A DNA stretch of 64,000 nt from Mytilus californianus (taxonomy: Eukaryota). Within the stretch, counting starts at the first letter, position 1. Each line of letters starts with the position of its first letter. Positions 63,306-64,000 of the stretch are shown here, piece after piece. The DNA is taken from positions 99,944,001 to 100,008,000 of the forward strand of contig NW_026262679.1 of the NCBI RefSeq assembly GCF_021869535.1. Direction: 5' to 3'. A program made the translations under genes and the position numbers. Under the pieces are notes generated by a model. The model saw only the letters and a list, made by a program, of their open reading frames with translations, did no database searches and had not been told where the DNA came from.

Positions 63306-64000
63306 AACTGGTTTCAGGGCGGTTGATATCTCCTTGACTTGAACTCCAACAGCAGCGGTACCGACCAAGTGGTTATTGAAGAAATGTTACTGGGTGGATA
63401 AAACCTCCTGGACTTCTACTCCAACAGCAGTAGTATCGACCTAGTGGTTACTACATAACTGGTTTCAGGGCGGGTGATATCTCCTTGACTTACACTTTAA
63501 CAGCAGCGGTACCGACCTAGTTGTTACTGAAGAACTGGTTATTAGGTAGAGTATACCTCCTGGACTTCTACTCCAACAGCAGCGATAAACCGACCCTGTG
63601 GTTACTACAGAACTGGTTACAGGGCGGATGATACCTCCTGGACTTATGCTCCAACATCAGCGGTACCGACCTAATGGTTACTAAAGAACTGGTTACAGGG
63701 CGGATGATACCTCCTGGACTTATGCTCCAACATCAGCGGTACCGACCTCATGGTTACTAAAGAACTGGTTACAGGGCGGATGATACCTCCTGGACTTATG
63801 CTCCAACATCAGCGGTACCGACCTAATGGTTACTAAAGAACTGGTTTCAGGGCAGATTATACCTCATAGACTTATGATTCAACAGCAGCGGTACCGACCT
63901 AGTAGTTACTAAAAAGCCGGTTTCAGGGAGGATGATACCTCCTCGAATTATATTTTAACAGCAGCAGCACCCACTCTGTGGTTACTGAGCGGATGATACC
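63306..64000. repeat. 76-bp minisatellite, about 9 units, running to the window end
   Basis: AACTGGTT unit starts at 63306, 63457, 63533, 63611, 63687, 63763, 63839; central units nearly identical. Confidence 0.9.

Noticed and set aside
59478-64000. Tandem arrays as CRISPR
   Set aside because: Units are contiguous with no unique spacers, there are no cas genes, and the context is eukaryotic.

Overview
AT-rich, repeat-dense eukaryotic DNA. The repeat families look like those of a bivalve, probably a Mytilus-type mussel (inference). No complete host gene can be supported. The main result is a family of Naiad-type Penelope-like retroelements (N-terminal GIY-YIG endonuclease, CxC linker, RT) that appears to encode a selenoprotein. 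In-frame TGA codons sit at expected Cys positions (7279, 7372, 9605, and the same RT site in a second copy at 21829). A form-2 SECIS hairpin lies just after the ORF in two copies (11031-11117, 20266-20352, with pairing-preserving changes), and a diverged relic lies in a third, related element (44496-44572). Sec-coding Naiads have been published for spiders and clams, so what may be new here is the lineage and the Sec positions. The second notable item is a 3.75-kb Fot1-like pogo DNA transposon (DD35D, ACGT-starting TIRs, TA TSD) nested in a CR1/L2-type LINE and carrying a separate HIRAN-domain ORF behind a strong in-frame splice acceptor. The window also has five minimal type-I hammerhead ribozyme motifs with palindromic tetraloops (one intact, 25596-25639), a perfect 195-bp-arm palindrome, several MITEs, tandem arrays grown inside retroelement tails, and a ~3-kb tandem duplication. 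All alignments and folds were done by eye; boundaries given as approximate may be off by tens of bases.
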